Notes: generated from the letters alone by a model not told the origin. A DNA stretch of 63,996 nt, filler included, from Catajapyx aquilonaris (GCA_000934665.2; 3 parts of 3 records of this genome joined end to end with filler, not necessarily neighbours in it), one strand, 5' to 3'; counted from the whole stretch's first letter, positions 1 to 13,679 are shown. Translations and numbers: made by a program.

Positions 1-750
1 GCCCTCCTATGATACATTTCACAACAAAATATAGTCTTGTTGAGTGGTTGACATGGAAACTAAAAAGAAAAAAAGAGAAAAAAATAGAGAAAAAAGAGAT
101 CACACTCCCGGTGCCCTGTCCACTTTCCCAGGAAAAGTATAGTGAAAAAAAGAAAGAAGAAAATTGATGATGTGACATAAACGACCCGCCATTGCATATC
201 GAATCACACTACATAATCTTAGTAATTGCAAAACTGTATGATTTTTGCTGCACTCATAAAAAAGAATACAATCCCAACACACCCTCCTTCTGCGTGTTTA
301 GGAACAAATTCAAAATTTGGTCCGGTGGGAACCGTGGTATATTATAACATATAATTTTTGGGGGAATTAAATTCATTATTTTGAATAATTTTGAAATGAA
401 TTTAAGTCATTGTTTTGAATCATGTTGTCAGCATGGGTTTTTATTTATCAACATCACTACCACATGTGGCAAAGGGCAGGTCCCAAGGCAGGTCCACTTA
501 AAAATGTCGATAACCCTGGAGTATCGATGGCATGAGGCTCTGCAAATCATTGTATTTCGCTTGCGAAATTGGCAGTCGCCCTGGATACATCTCACGAGGC
601 TGACCTGAAGGTGCTATACATGCCTCTTCACAACAATCGACGATCCCCACGGCCCATCAAAAGTGTTCCTGTGAAAGATTAGCTTGGATTCGCTTTCAAG
701 TATCATCTTCTCTCTGCTTTTCTGAATAGGAAATGGGCATTTGGGGACAT

Positions 751-2897
751 TAGTCCGGAGGTTAAGCGACTTCACCTTGCATTTTGGTATTAAAGCATGC
801 CGCTTTGCTGAATGACTATATGGACCCTCCCCTTCATTTTAAGAAATGTTGCCACGGTCGGATCCCGTGCAGAGGCACGATATACAGGGTGCCAACCGCT
901 CGGGGACGGGTATTGGTGAAACCCGATTCTGAGCGACAGAAATGTCCGATCGACATCCGGTTTTTTACCAGTTGGGGCGGGAATGGATGCCGGACTATTC
1001 CCAATCAAAAGTTATCCTCAAATTATAATTTTCCCGCCAAAAAAAATAAAAAAGCGCAAAGTGTAGTTCAAAAAAATTCAAAAAGGTCCGATTATCTGGA
1101 AACCCGTTAAAGCACCGTAGAAATGTGTAGAGATGAAATAGAAGCTCTCAATTTCAGGGTTTCTCATGATGTACTCCAGATGCCTGTGCGATAATTAGAA
1201 ACCCATTAATCCCCGCAAACAAGATGGCCGGCGCGTGGCGCCTTGCACACCTTTACATGAATAAGGGCCTTGCATTCGGTGATAAAACACTGATAAAACA
1301 TGAAACTCGCCCCAATTGGTCTTCGGACACTACTGAACATGTCTGGAAGTGAGGCCACTATGGATGACCCCGCTGGGGGTCACTCGCAGGGTTGCCAGAT
1401 CTAATGGGCTCTCTAAGTAAACTCTGTGAATAGGGAGCTTGCATTCGGTGACAAAGACGTGAAACTCGGTACAATATAGTTATTTTCACACTTCCGAACA
1501 TATCTGGACGTGGAGCCACGATGACCCACCCCGATGGAGGGCACTATCATGGTGTTGCCATATCTGACAGAATATGCAACATGCGTTTATATTTTGATAG
1601 GGAGCTTGCATTTGGTGACAAAGACGTGAAACTTGGTAGAATTGTTCTCTGGACACTTCCGAACATATCTGGACGTGGAACCACGATGACCCACCCCGAG
1701 GGAGGGCACTATCGCAGGGTTGCCATATCTTCAGAATGTGCAACATGTGTTTATATTTGAATAATGAGCTTGCATTCGGTGACAAAGCCATAAAACTTGG
1801 TACGTTAGTTCTTTGGACACTTCCGAACATATCTGGATGTGGAGCCACGAGGGCCCACCGAATGCAAGCTCATTATTCAAATATAAACACATGTTGCACA
1901 TTCTGTTAGATATGGCAACCCTGCGATAGTGCCCTCCCTCGGGGTGGGTCATCGTGGTTCCACGTCCAGATATGTTCGGAAGTGTCCAGAGAACAATTCT
2001 ACCAAGTTTCACGTCTTTGTCACCAAATGCAAGCTCCCTATCAAAATATAAACGCATGTTGCATATTCTGTCTGATATGGCAACACCATGATAGTGCCCT
2101 CCATCGGGGTGGGTCATCGTGGCTCCACGTCCAGATATGTTCGGAAGTGTGAAAAGAACTATATTGTACCGAGTTTCACGTCTTTGTCACCGAATGCAAG
2201 CTCCCTATTCACATAGTTTACTTAGAGAGCCCATTAGATCTGGCAACCCTGCGAGTGACCCCCAGCGGGGTCATCCATAGTGGCCTCACTTCCAGACATG
2301 TTCAGTAGTGTCCAAAGGCCAATTGGGGCAAGTTTCATGTTTTATCAGTGTTTTATCACCGAATGCAAGGCCCTTATTCATGTAAAGGTGTGCAAGGCGC
2401 CACGCGCCGGCCATCTTGTTTGCGGGGATTAATGGGTTTCTAATTATCGCACAGGCATCTGGAGTACATCATTAGAAACCCTGAAATTGAGAGCTTCTAT
2501 TTCATCTCTACACATTTCTACGGTGCTTTAACGGGTTTCCAGATCATCGGACCTTTTTGATTTTTTTTGAACTACACTTTGCGCTTTTTTATTTTTTTTG
2601 GCGGGAAAATTATAATTTGAGGATAACTTTTGATTGGGAATAGTCCGGCATCCATTCCCGCCCCAACTGGTAAAAAACCGGATGTCGATCGGACATTTCT
2701 GTCTCTCAGAATCGGGTTTCACCAATACCCGTCCCCGAGCGGTTGGCACCCTGTATATCGTGCCTCTGCACGGGTTCCGACCGTGGCAACATTTCTTAAA
2801 ATGAAGGGGAGGGTCCATATAGTCATTCAGCAAAGCGGCATGCTTTAATACCAAAATGCAAGGTGGGGTCGATTTTTGTGGCTTAACATCCGGACTA
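751..2897. mobile_element. Non-autonomous foldback DNA transposon, Academ-like (TAG...CTA termini, 3-bp TSD)
   Basis: Left arm 751-1781 and right arm 1856-2897 are near-perfect reverse complements (the mirrored ORFs 784..1110+ and 2528..2854- show this). Ends are TAGTCCGGA.GTTAAGC / GCTTAACATCCGGACTA, with CAT on both sides (748-750, 2898-2900). The superfamily call rests on termini and TSD only. Confidence 0.85.
1271..2370. repeat. ~165-169-bp tandem subrepeat array inside both arms of the foldback element
   Basis: Motif TGCATT(C/T)GGTGA recurs at 1271, 1440, 1607 and 1771, and is mirrored in the right arm. Confidence 0.85.
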
Positions 2898-5035
2898 CAT
2901 AGAGTTTTTGTACGTATGAATTACGCAAATAAGGATTCGCCTTTCGACGTGCATCTGCAAAATTCGTGGCCCAATTGGAAGACAAAATCTTTGTCACACT
3001 ACTCCATGTAACTGTGACCTCTAATGGGAAAGGTCACTTGGATTGTTAGAAACCTATTCACAAACAACTGTAGCATGATACATGAGGCCTCTAATGATTG
3101 TGTAGTTTTTATTTTGCCCCCCATTTGCAAAAACTATTGACTGTCGCCGAGTGCAAGAGTGGACGTTGATCATTTCCCCCCCCCAAAGGTGGTGGACGTT
3201 GATCGTTCTTCCAACAATGCCAAATATTTCAGGGCCTCTCATAGCGAACTATGATCATTTCACCACAACAACGACCAAACAATCATATTCTACACTAGTA
3301 AAACTATCCTATGGAATATGTAACTTATTTTTGACAAAAAGTGGACCTTGATCGTTTTTCTCCCGAGGTCTTCAATATTGTTTCAAGGGGGCAATTTCTA
3401 ATCGGAAATACTTTGCAGTTCAGAGCGTAATATATTAATATGCTTCAGAGCTTGAATGGATGGATCAGGTCGGCGTAATATTACCAGCTAATATTTTCGA
3501 CAATCATTAAAAGTCACTACGCAATATAACTGCTACTAAATAAGCAGCTTATCTAATGCACCCCGGGGAGTTCACAAAATGACCACTCAACGACAGCGCA
3601 CATGCACTTTACACATCCCCTCCCACCTACCCTTGGAGTAAACTAATAAGATCCTTCTTAATACGCTCCAACAAATCCCGATGGTTGTAATCCACCCGCC
3701 CAAAGGAGTAAGTAGCTCCCCAAGTGGGGTAATGGAAAAAAATAAGCAGCTTATTGACAACAAATAGCTATAGCAGTTGGACCTGTATTTTGGATAACAC
3801 TGGCATATCAAGGTAGGCAAGCAAATTCATCTGCTCTATTTTCACAAAATCCGTCTAGCTTCCTGATAGCTAGTTGCAAAAGGTTTTAAAATAAATAACA
3901 CTACAATATTATACTCTGATAAATAATTTTATACATTCGAGTATTAAATTCTTTGCCATTTGGAGAAAAAAATATTTTATTCGACCTGCTCCAGCTTCAT
4001 TTGCCTATCCAAAAAATTCCTGCGCCTGCTAATATTTTCTTTAATTTTGAGTATTCGGTCACCCTGTATTTTCCAATGACGTAATCGATTTGTTCCACAC
4101 CTCTACCCTACACCCTTCACCTACGTCTTCATTGCACATTTCCGATTATTCTAGGAGTTGATGAAGCTGTCAATGGTACTGAGCATGTCACTTTGGCCAT
4201 TTGAGACAAACCGATATTTTGATATAAAATCGATTCATATCATGTAGTGCACCGTCATTACACTAGGAATGTAAATATCGATGAGTATTATCAACCTGCA
4301 CTATTTAGGATTTAGGATTGTTGTAATATGCACAGAACACGTACTGCTTACAAAGGATAGTCTGGTTTTTCCCCCATTTTGGCAGTGTCAATTCCCAGCG
4401 TCCTATATGATTGCAGGATGCCATTGTTTCCCTTGCTGCCATTCGTCACTCATAAGGGCCAACAATGGAAATATTTTATGGTAGCTTCCCACAACCTTTC
4501 TTGCAACAGTCATAGGCCGTATACACTGTATTTATTTTTCAAAGCTTATAAGTCTTCATAATTGAATGAAATAGTTATTCAATCGTTCTAGTGTTCTGAA
4601 GTTTCCATTTCCGAAAATTCAACTTATTGTGGCTGATGTAATCACTGAAATGTGGTGTACCGGTGTCTGCATTCTCCCTCTATAGAGTAGACTTTCATGA
4701 AGTGGTTCAGCTTGCTTCTTCTGTGATTTATGTGCACAACTTCAAGAAATAATTTTTCCCCAACTGACCTATAGTTTATAGGACGCTGAGCACAAATGGG
4801 TTAAATGCATGATTTCGGAAATTATTCAAGTTTGTCTCTTAAAGTTACTTATGAGCTACGTTGCAGAAAATTACATCATATCGTACGCTTAGATAAAATG
4901 CTTTGCTATACTGTATTTTGCTTATTTTTGATTGCATTACACAATGTGTCGATATCAGATCATAATTATACAGTAGTCTACTGACTTGTGGGTGAGGATT
5001 TTACACAGAATTTCTGAGTCAAGCCTGAGATTACA

Positions 5036-5492
5036 CAGGGTGTATCTGTACTCAGTACACAGACGTATATGACTGTCTTCCTAGGCACCAGAGGATCAAC
5101 TTATGTAGAGGAGTCATTATGTCAGGGCCGCCTCATTACTGCGATAATTGCCATCAAACATGTAATACACAATATCCCGTCGGTTAGGCCACCCATCGAA
5201 CCCTCCCCCAGTCAGAAGGATTAATGGTGATTATGATTGCACATCACGTTGTGTGGTGGTTTGTAATTTCAATTTGTTCTGAATGTCGCTGCTAATTTTG
5301 AAGAGCACTGGCACTTTCACTGCTATTTCCAAATCACTTTTAGCCAAATCGCTAACTATCAGGTGGGTCAATTATCTCAGTAATGAGGCGGCCCAGACAT
5401 AATGACTCCTCTACATATTAAGTTGACCCTCTGATGCCTAGGAAGACGGTCATAATATTATACGCCTGTGTACTGAGTACAGGTACACCTTG
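5036..5492. mobile_element. Tc1/mariner-type MITE with ~115-bp TIRs
   Basis: CAGGGTGTATCTGTACTCAGTACAC... versus ...GTGTACTGAGTACAGGTACACCTTG-TA; the inverted match extends through GCCGCCTCATTACTG. Confidence 0.8.
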
Positions 5493-5925
5493 TATATATG
5501 GCACGCAGTGATGGTACTAACTTGAACAGCTCTTCATTAAATCTTTACTTTTAACGTGACATAATATATTATAATGGAATTTCATAGAGAAGGTGTGCCA
5601 CCCATCATTTTCAAAGAGCAGATGGCTTTGTTCAAATTAATTATTTCCTTACTGGCGTCGAGCAGTGATTGTGGTGTTCTGAATGATGTGCTGGAAAAGC
5701 ATCCGCCCAATTTACTCATCCATATAGTGATGGTATGTGCTATTATACAGTACATAATATGGTTCCTGCACCACGAGCAAAATTATGCGGCGGCAATAAT
5801 TCACTTCCTACTAGGGACAGCGAAAATCAGTCTGTTATAGCCGAATACACAGGCCATACATGGAAGTATGCCGGGACCGGCCTTTCGAGTATATTATAAT
5901 TTATAACCGAAAGTCTGTTATAGCA

Positions 5926-6112
5926 GGGGGGGCATGGTGGTCTAGTGGCTATGCTACTGGCCAGCCAAGTGGGAGGTTCGAGGTTCAAATCCCGTCTCCG
6001 TCACCTCTGCTTGGCCGGGGGTCTTTTCCCACTTTGAACCCCACATGTCCGGGCAGAATTGCACTCCCTTCCCTTCTCTGCCCAGGGCCAAGAGAAAAGG
6101 TATGGTATATTT
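5926..6112 (+). mobile_element. tRNA-derived SINE, family B
   Basis: A-box TGGTCTAGTGG and B-box GGTTCAAATCC; a second copy lies on the minus strand at 38815-38995. Confidence 0.75.
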
Positions 6113-6122
6113 TTAAAAATTT

Positions 6123-6395
6123 ACCCCGTGATAGGGCTGCGCCCTTATAGGGGGGTGGCACACCACCATCCGTTTTCTAGAGTGTGTTTACTTCATTCTC
6201 CGGTGCAAGGAATCAAGGACATAGGGTAGGAAAGGGATTTTTGGGGAGCGAACATGGGTGCAAGTGCAATGTCTCAAATTGGGCCATGTGCAGTCCCCCA
6301 GGAAGCTAGGTTGCCAGCCACCTCCAAGGTGCGTGTCAGAGACCCTCCTGACGCAGGTGAAAGGGAACTCCCAGGCGGGGATCGAACCTGGGACC
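6123..6395 (-). mobile_element. tRNA-derived SINE, family C (5'-truncated)
   Basis: Homologous to 52945-53277. Retains the B-box (GGTTCGATCCCC on minus) and stops just beyond it. Confidence 0.75.
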
Positions 6396-8073
6396 GAGAA
6401 AAGGTAGTATTTAAGAGGGTCAGAACAGAAATGACTAGAAACGTATTACGAGAGCCCTCCTTTGGGAACCTCCCCTCCCCCCCCCTAAAAGGGCCCAAGG
6501 CCCTATCACGGGGCTGTTATATCCGGATTCAACTGTATTTGCAATATTTTGCTTGTACCTTACAATACGTTAATGTAGTATAAAAGAATATATATTAATA
6601 TAATATGGTTTATTGTAATTTAATAATGCAGTGCCCTGGCAACCGGGCTGTTGTCTGTTGCCCCGGTTGCCAGACTGTTGATGATGTTATGGGTAGTTAA
6701 TGTTTAGAATCAGTACTATTCCTGGTGTCCTGCCGAACGGAAGTGTTGTATCGTTGTCCTGAATAAGAGTTCCGTAGCGGTTCTTTTATCTTCCCATATG
6801 TGTTTCTTGGATTATTAGTGGTGTCTCTGATGAGTGAAGCGTGGGACACTACAATAATATATTTTGCTCTATTAACTTGCAAAATGACTAAAAGGTTCCA
6901 ATTACACGCTCAAAAATGATTATTTCACTGTCTATGTCGCTGGAAATGTAAAGGCAGTTAAAGCGGTATTGTTACGGTTTAGTTTCATGTCTACTACTGT
7001 AATTAAGCAAAATTATCAAGTGAGCAATATTATTACTTAGAACTTTTTTTCACCTAAAAACTCTGTCATAAATTTGAAGATTTGCAAGTTTAATAGTTCC
7101 TAAAGCCCTAAAGCTAATGGAAAGCGCAGCATGACATGCAGTACTGTAATAATTAGTGAATATAGTCCTAGTTTAATACTGCACTCTATCCCGATAAATA
7201 TTATTTATCGTGATAACAAAAGCCAGCAAAATATAGGCTACAATTTATTATTTTAGCATATATTTTGTTTGGCTATTGTATTTTTACGTTGTAAATTGTG
7301 GCCGGGCTAACAAAATATTGCCAGTAAACAGCAAAACATTATGATAGATATGTAGGACATGTTATACACTGTAATGATCACGGTCAGAAAAACATGTACA
7401 ACATAAATTTCTGGCGTGGTGAAAAATACCCAGGTTTTTAATCCAAGACTTGGAACACCTGCTACTAATATGCTTTGTAAGTCGTGCTCAACACACGCTG
7501 TGGCTATCATACACGTTGATATAACATGTCTGGCTAAATCCGGGCGTCATGACAGGCTGAAGCATCAAGTAAACTGAGATGCTTACCCAGGGGATGAATC
7601 CGGATTAGGCTGCAGGTAACTTAGCGCTGTTGTTTATGTTGAAGTTACAACTTCCATTTTTGTTTGCCCTTGGATTTACTAGTCTAACCGGCTATTGGCA
7701 GAGGTGCGGTTGATATCTGGTCATTGGGTAGGCCTACATACGATATAGTTTCTCTATACCTTTTCAATGTGTTTTAGTTTAATTTCATGTTAACAAGAAG
7801 TTGAAGCAGGCTACAATAAGAAAAGAAGAATAATATTATCCACAAATAAAGTACCGGTATATTTTCTCTGCTAGGATTTCTACCGGGTTAGAGGAAGTGA
7901 GTCACACTCTCTGCGGTTTGGCCCAGAGCAAATGTTTACCAGAGGAAGGGCACCACACGTCTACTCCGACATGCTGTGTGTGCCACGTTATTAGGCAGAG
8001 TCTGCCCGGTGCTTCCGATTCCTGACTCAAATCATTGGAGGCAGCAGTTACACACTTTGCGAGTTGTTCCAGA

Positions 8074-8130
<57 letters not shown>
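8074..8130. repeat. (AAT)n microsatellite
   Basis: Read directly from the sequence. Confidence 0.95.
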
Positions 8131-8191
8131 TTGCTGTCTATAAATGTTAAACCTACCAAAAAATGTTTTGTGGAATAGTACGCGTAACTTG

Positions 8192-8884
8192 CACTTTTGA
8201 CATGAAGTCAAGTCAAGTCAAGTCAAGTTTATTCACTTTTGACATGAATACGTCTTTAAAATCAGATCCGCATAGGGGGTCGGGGGGGGGGGGGGCNGCA
8301 GGCAAACTCGAGCGTTACAGAAAAGCGTTACAGTCAGGGCCCTGCCAGGGGCCCCCGCCCTTTCGAGTCAGCTATAGCCGAGTCTGCTATATCCGAGTTG
8401 GCGTGGGCGCAATGTCTACTATATTCGAAGTGGCGTGTGAGCGTTACAGTCAGGACCACGGTCATATAAGTAAGGTCTGGTCACTCCCACCCACCCTCTG
8501 CCGGGGCGTTTTGCAGCGGGCGCTCACCTGAGAGCGCCAGGAGTCATTTCGGGGGCCACGACATAGTGGCGACCCTACCGGACTAAGGCTGAACTTTATA
8601 GGTACGAAAGGGGAGGGGCTACGTTGGGGGGCCCAACATGGCCGCCGGCGGCCATGTTGGGCCCCCTTCGTACCTATAAAGTTCAGCCTTAGTCCGGTAG
8701 GGTCGCCACTATGTCGTGGCCCCCGAAATGACTCCTGGCGCTCAGGTGAGCGCCCGGTGCAAAATGCCTCGGCAGCTGATAACGCCAGAACGTAGAGTGT
8801 CCGTGGGCTGGTCAGGACCCTGCCAGGGGGCCCCGCCAATACCCCCCAATACTGATCCGATTTTAAAGACGTATTCACGTCAAA
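8192..8884. mobile_element. Foldback/MITE-like element with an internal spacer-less palindrome
   Basis: Outer IR TTTGAC(A/G)TGAATACGTCTTTAAAATC. Inner arms ~8500-8772 are centred on GGCCGCC|GGCGGCC (8646/8647). Confidence 0.75.
8207..8233 (-). mobile_element. 27-bp extremely 5'-truncated non-LTR retrotransposon tail
   Basis: The minus strand reads AATAAA(CTTGA)4C. It is flanked by the 15-bp direct repeat CACTTTTGACATGAA (8192-8206, 8234-8248). Confidence 0.7.
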
Positions 8885-10105
8885 TGCTGCGGATTGTGTC
8901 CCCGACACAACCTAATGTGATTTTTTGTTGTGCGTGTGTTATGTGTCCATAACGAGCATGAGTAGAGATAGGCATGTGTTAGAATACGCATCTTATTGGA
9001 TTCACACTGCAATGTTGTTGTACAGTACTGTTGGGCCAGGGGGAAGGTTGGGCGTGTGATGGGAGGGTTGGCTGCGGAGGCATTATTTTCATCATTGATC
9101 AACGAAATTCATGGAAAGGTTTGCACAATAATGTTGTCATTAATAGTTACATTTTATTTTCCCAACAATAGCAGTGTAAGGGGAGTGAGTGGAGTGATGA
9201 AGTTGGCGAGAATAAAGGGTGGGGAGATTTTTGCTTCTTGAAGACGTTCAGTTTTTCACTTTCCTTCATGCTAAGCCTAATTTAAAGATACCGTCTAGCA
9301 GTTGACCGTATACGTGCCTTGGATCGGAGGGTGGAGGAATCTCTTATAGTCTACAGTTAATAGCACAAAAAGGAGGAGGATCATTTTTTTGCATAGAAAT
9401 AAGAAATGAAAATCAAATGCTGGGAAGAAATCTTGCGATAACTCCACCCTTTTTTGTACCGTACGTATATGGCTCAATAACTTGGGAATCACAGCTTTGG
9501 TATTTGGCGCGTGATTTCGTGTTAGTTTTGATAGGCTTCTTGCATAACAGGGAATAGTTTGAACAGTGACCATTTTAATTTTATTATAGCAGTTCGACTT
9601 TCTCTATTTTTTAGTTCCGTTCTGGTGTAAATAAGCGGACCTGATATGAATATGATTGTATCAGAGAATACCTGCCATGTGTGTTTTGTATGATTGCCAC
9701 GTTCAATGTCTTCTCAAACTAATGCCGTGCAATTAAAAATTTCAGATATCATAATAAAAAGAATCAGTAGATTACCCTGCTACTTTTTTAAATTTTCAAT
9801 TTGGAATTGAAAGAAATTGTGATTTTCGATTCAGTGCTTTCTGGGTGGGTAACCGGTCATGTCCAGAGATGGAAAGGTCCCAAATTCGATCAGAAGGTCC
9901 GGGCTTCCGTGTGTTATCCATGCAAAGCCGGGATAGCCTATCCCGGGCTTCGTCCCGGGTGGAGTTTCCGATAAACTATCCACAGAGGGCAGCTCAACAA
10001 ATGACAAAGCAGTGTTGTGATACTTTCTTCTGCAGTCCGCTTCCAGTCACTCCTATCTTGCGTGTGGTACAGTACTTGCGGAAGTCTAGTTATTAATTGC
10101 ATAGA

Positions 10106-10154
10106 TCATCATCATCATCATCATCGTCGTCGTCGTCGTCGTCGTCGTCGTCAT
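10106..10154. repeat. Compound (ATC)n(GTC)n microsatellite
   Basis: Read directly from the sequence. Confidence 0.9.
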
Positions 10155-11556
10155 TATGTTTCCCTATAAAAGTAAGCCTGTATAAAATCGGAGATAACTT
10201 CTCCTGACTAACAATCCGACCCTTTTGAGAGAAGAAACAAAAAAACACACTTTTACAGGCTTTGTCAGAACTCCAGGTCAATCTACCGTCACGGCACTTG
10301 TTGGCTCAATACAAGAAAGAGGAAATGTCAAAAACAAAACCGGTAAAGATGTAGACGGCGATAGCCGAAACGCATGACGAAAGAGGTGCGGGGAATTTTG
10401 CAGTTTTTTTCACGTTTCAAATGGCCACAGAAGGCATCAGGAATCTGAAATACGTAGTTTTAATTTGTATGACGTTGGTATAAGTTTCCACTTGCTTAAG
10501 ACTATTATTTTCTGCACTAAAACGGTTTTTAATAAACTTGATGACTTTTCTTATTGAATGTGTCTCGTAATCCTCTTGAGTTGAACGAATGTTGAGTGCA
10601 TTTTCCCCCCAAACTTTCCCGAATAACCGACATGTAAGTTGGCAAACACGGCTTTTGCATTCTAGAGCAGGATTATTCTTTGGCCTATCCCTTAAAGAAT
10701 GCGAAACTGGGTGCACTCCTTGGAATGGTTCCTGACGACGCCCTTGATGCACGATAAAATACCTCGGCCTTTATGTATAGTCATAAAAATGAGATACAAA
10801 TGCGGACTCTCTTCACGTATTTTTCCATGTTAATAATAACCACGTGCAATTTCTCACTCATCTCCGCATAGAGTGTATCCTCCCTTTTTTGCTATAAATC
10901 ACTCTACTTGATCAGTCCTTAGAAGGCGTTCAGCTATAAAAGTTGAGCAACCTGGATGTGTCTCAATATGCTCACCAAAGTGCCCCTGTAGGCCTAGCTG
11001 CCTTTTCTGTTTTATTTTTTTCTGCAGCATTTTACAGGGGGTGGTAGGGGGCTTCAACGGAGAACTGCAGTTGGCGTGATGGCGTTATGGGCATCGCCTT
11101 ACTCATATCCATCCTGTTCATGGAGTCAGCAATTTGGCCAGCCCCCCTAGCGGAATGGCTTAGCAAATAAAAAGTCCCGTCCCGTCCCCATCCATACCTC
11201 ACCTTCCCTCCTTATCCCCCAAACACGAAACACTTCCTTACTCGCCAAAATCTAATGAAGACTTTCTCGCCCGTGAAGACTCTCAGCTCTTCCGAGAAGG
11301 CGAGGGTGGGCGGGGAAATAACACAGGTCGCCTGTCCAATTATTGCGCACCACTGAACGAAAAAGACGCCAAATAAGAGTCTCGCTCTTATCGTCATATC
11401 CTATTTGCCCGTCTTCTTGTCAGCCAGTCAGGCTTATATACGTATATTAGTACTCAAAAGTCTTTAACGCGACGGTACGGCATATTATTTTTTGATGGAA
11501 GATATTCGATCTAAGATACAGGTATTATAATATTGGGTCATCTGGGGGTGAAAATA

Positions 11557-12143
11557 CGAGCGGCGCGGGCGTTAGGAAAGTCTTTACACTTAATTTTTTG
11601 CCACAAATACAGGGCTCATGCAGTCGGCAGATAGGCACATATTATCGATAGAACCCTCCTGGAGCCCATTGAAGAGGTGTGGCAACCTCTCCAGGCCCTC
11701 CAGGAACCACTTTTTGGTGGTTCGGCGCATCCACTCTCAGACACGGCTTCTTGTCCAACAATCTCCTCGGAATGGCGTCGGAGAAGGGTTTTTAAAATGG
11801 ATTCGAACAGGTGAAAGTTACTGCTGGGCGTCATATCGGGGGAGTGCGACGGTTGTGGAAGCACCCAAACTCGGATAAAACTTACATGAAAAAATATCTT
11901 CGCCGACGCCATTTCGAGGACATTGTTGACAGTTGCTGATTGTAAGCAGTTGTCCGGTAGTGGGTGCGTCGCACCAACAAAGGGTGGTTCCTGGAGGGCC
12001 TGGAGAGGTTGCCACACCTATGAATCCTGTTCACTGGGCTCCAGGAGGGTTCTCTAGATAATGTGTGCCTATCTGCCGACCTGCATGGGCTCTGCATTTG
12101 TGGCAAAAAAAAATAAAGTGTAAAAACTTTCCTAACATCCTCG
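11557..12143 (-). mobile_element. mariner deletion derivative with long TIRs and a transposase C-terminal remnant
   Basis: TA-CGAG...CTCG-TA ends and ~150-bp inverted arms. The minus-strand peptide WVLPQPSHSPDMTPSSNFHLF resembles the mariner motif WEVLPHPPYSPDLAPSDYHLF. Confidence 0.8.
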
Positions 12144-13679
12144 TAGTAATAATAATGTAGCATTTCTGGAACCTGTGATGGGAATAAGATGTATACCGTC
12201 AAATGGGATGAGATCGTGCCCGCGCATTTTTGGGGGACAACAACGCAGCCTATACTGGCAGCGGGCGTAAACTAGCGAATTTAGGAATATTCCTTTATAT
12301 TGTTGAATGTTCAAGGTTGACAATCACGAAGAGAAATCGCGATTTGTTGCGATAAGGCCCGTAAAATAAATTTTTGGTGAAGTTCTCATTTTCGTCAAGT
12401 TTTGCATTTGGTGGTATAGTAGTGGTTGCAGTGAGTGGACGGTTGATTCTCGTCGCCAAGTAAGCAGGACCAGATCTACGGGGGGGNGGGGGGGGGGACA
12501 AACAGGGGCATATGCCAACAAGTTGGGGCGGCATGTCTTGTCCCTAGAAATGTATACTTGTCGCATAAATAAATTAACCCCATTTTCTATATACATAACA
12601 CCAGCTTATCACAGTCAAAATCGGCGCATGTAATTTGGCTCATGTTACTTGTTGGGCACTGAACATGACACATATTACGACTTTACTTTCCCAAGAGTCC
12701 GTCAATGACACATTACGCAATAAAGCCTGCAAATTTCAGGAGTGAGTTTCTTATGCAAAATGGCTTGGATACATTAGCCTACTAGCTGTTTATACATGTG
12801 ACACAGACAAATTAAAAGACACAAATTCCTAAGGCGATGCAAAGTTGAAAGAAGATCAAAAATGATTTCCAATAATCCGTAGGCATCACTGTTGCCACAC
12901 TTCCTATAATAACTTTGATTATTCTTTGTAAATGAAATGTAACTCACAAAGCTGTTCTTTGTGCTACCCTTGAATTCCTCATCATCCAGTTGGCCTACAT
13001 GGTGCCAGTGTCTGGTTGGTGAAATGGTATGTCGAAGTGCACTTCGAAGAGTGAGAAGAGTATTATTGACTCTCTCAAGATAATTATGCGAGTCACACAC
13101 AGCATGCACGGACTCGAACATTCATCACTCGTGTGATGATGATCAACATGTACTGCTGTCATCATACAAACATTTTGACGTAGAAGTAAGTGGTGATCGA
13201 AGATGTGTATAACTTACAGCCTTTCCTGAAGGAGAACCTCTTTTATTGTGCGCATTTTCCGCATCATTTGTGGTGGTGCAAAAAGAAGGGGAGGGGTTCG
13301 ATGTCGTTCCACTACTGCTTCCAGATTCTTCAGCTATAACCCATATATCATTCTGTCACCATAAACGAAGACCTTCAGATCAGCCAACCCCGCTCAGTTC
13401 ATAATTCTCTGTGATATATACAGACATTCGGAGTGTCATTGTGACGCGTTGGCAAGGTCATAATTATAGCCATCGCCTTTGAGGTCCAGAGTTTGATCCA
13501 CAAAACATCAGGCAGGTCTCATGCCTGTGAGAAGAGCCTCTACTCAAGCCCGTGTGAACTTTATTTCTAGACTCTCACACTTTAAAGACGGATATAAGCA
13601 ATAAATTATTACCACGTTGAAGTAAAAAAATGTATATAGTTTGCCGTTTACTGCAGTCGCATAAATAGAAGGTATACTT

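Noticed and set aside
1271..1850. Regularly spaced repeats resembling a CRISPR array
   Set aside because: Whole units are homologous with no unique spacers, the context is eukaryotic, and no cas genes are present.
784..2854. Mirrored ORF pairs (108 aa, 72 aa and the MTHPDGGHY repeats)
   Set aside because: By-products of the inverted repeat and tandem units; no recognisable domain.
7902..8159. Poly-Leu, poly-Asp and SIYL ORFs (also 10093, 25019, 36668)
   Set aside because: Translations of microsatellites.
12774..13121. 115-aa minus-strand ORF
   Set aside because: No recognisable motif or convincing splice context.
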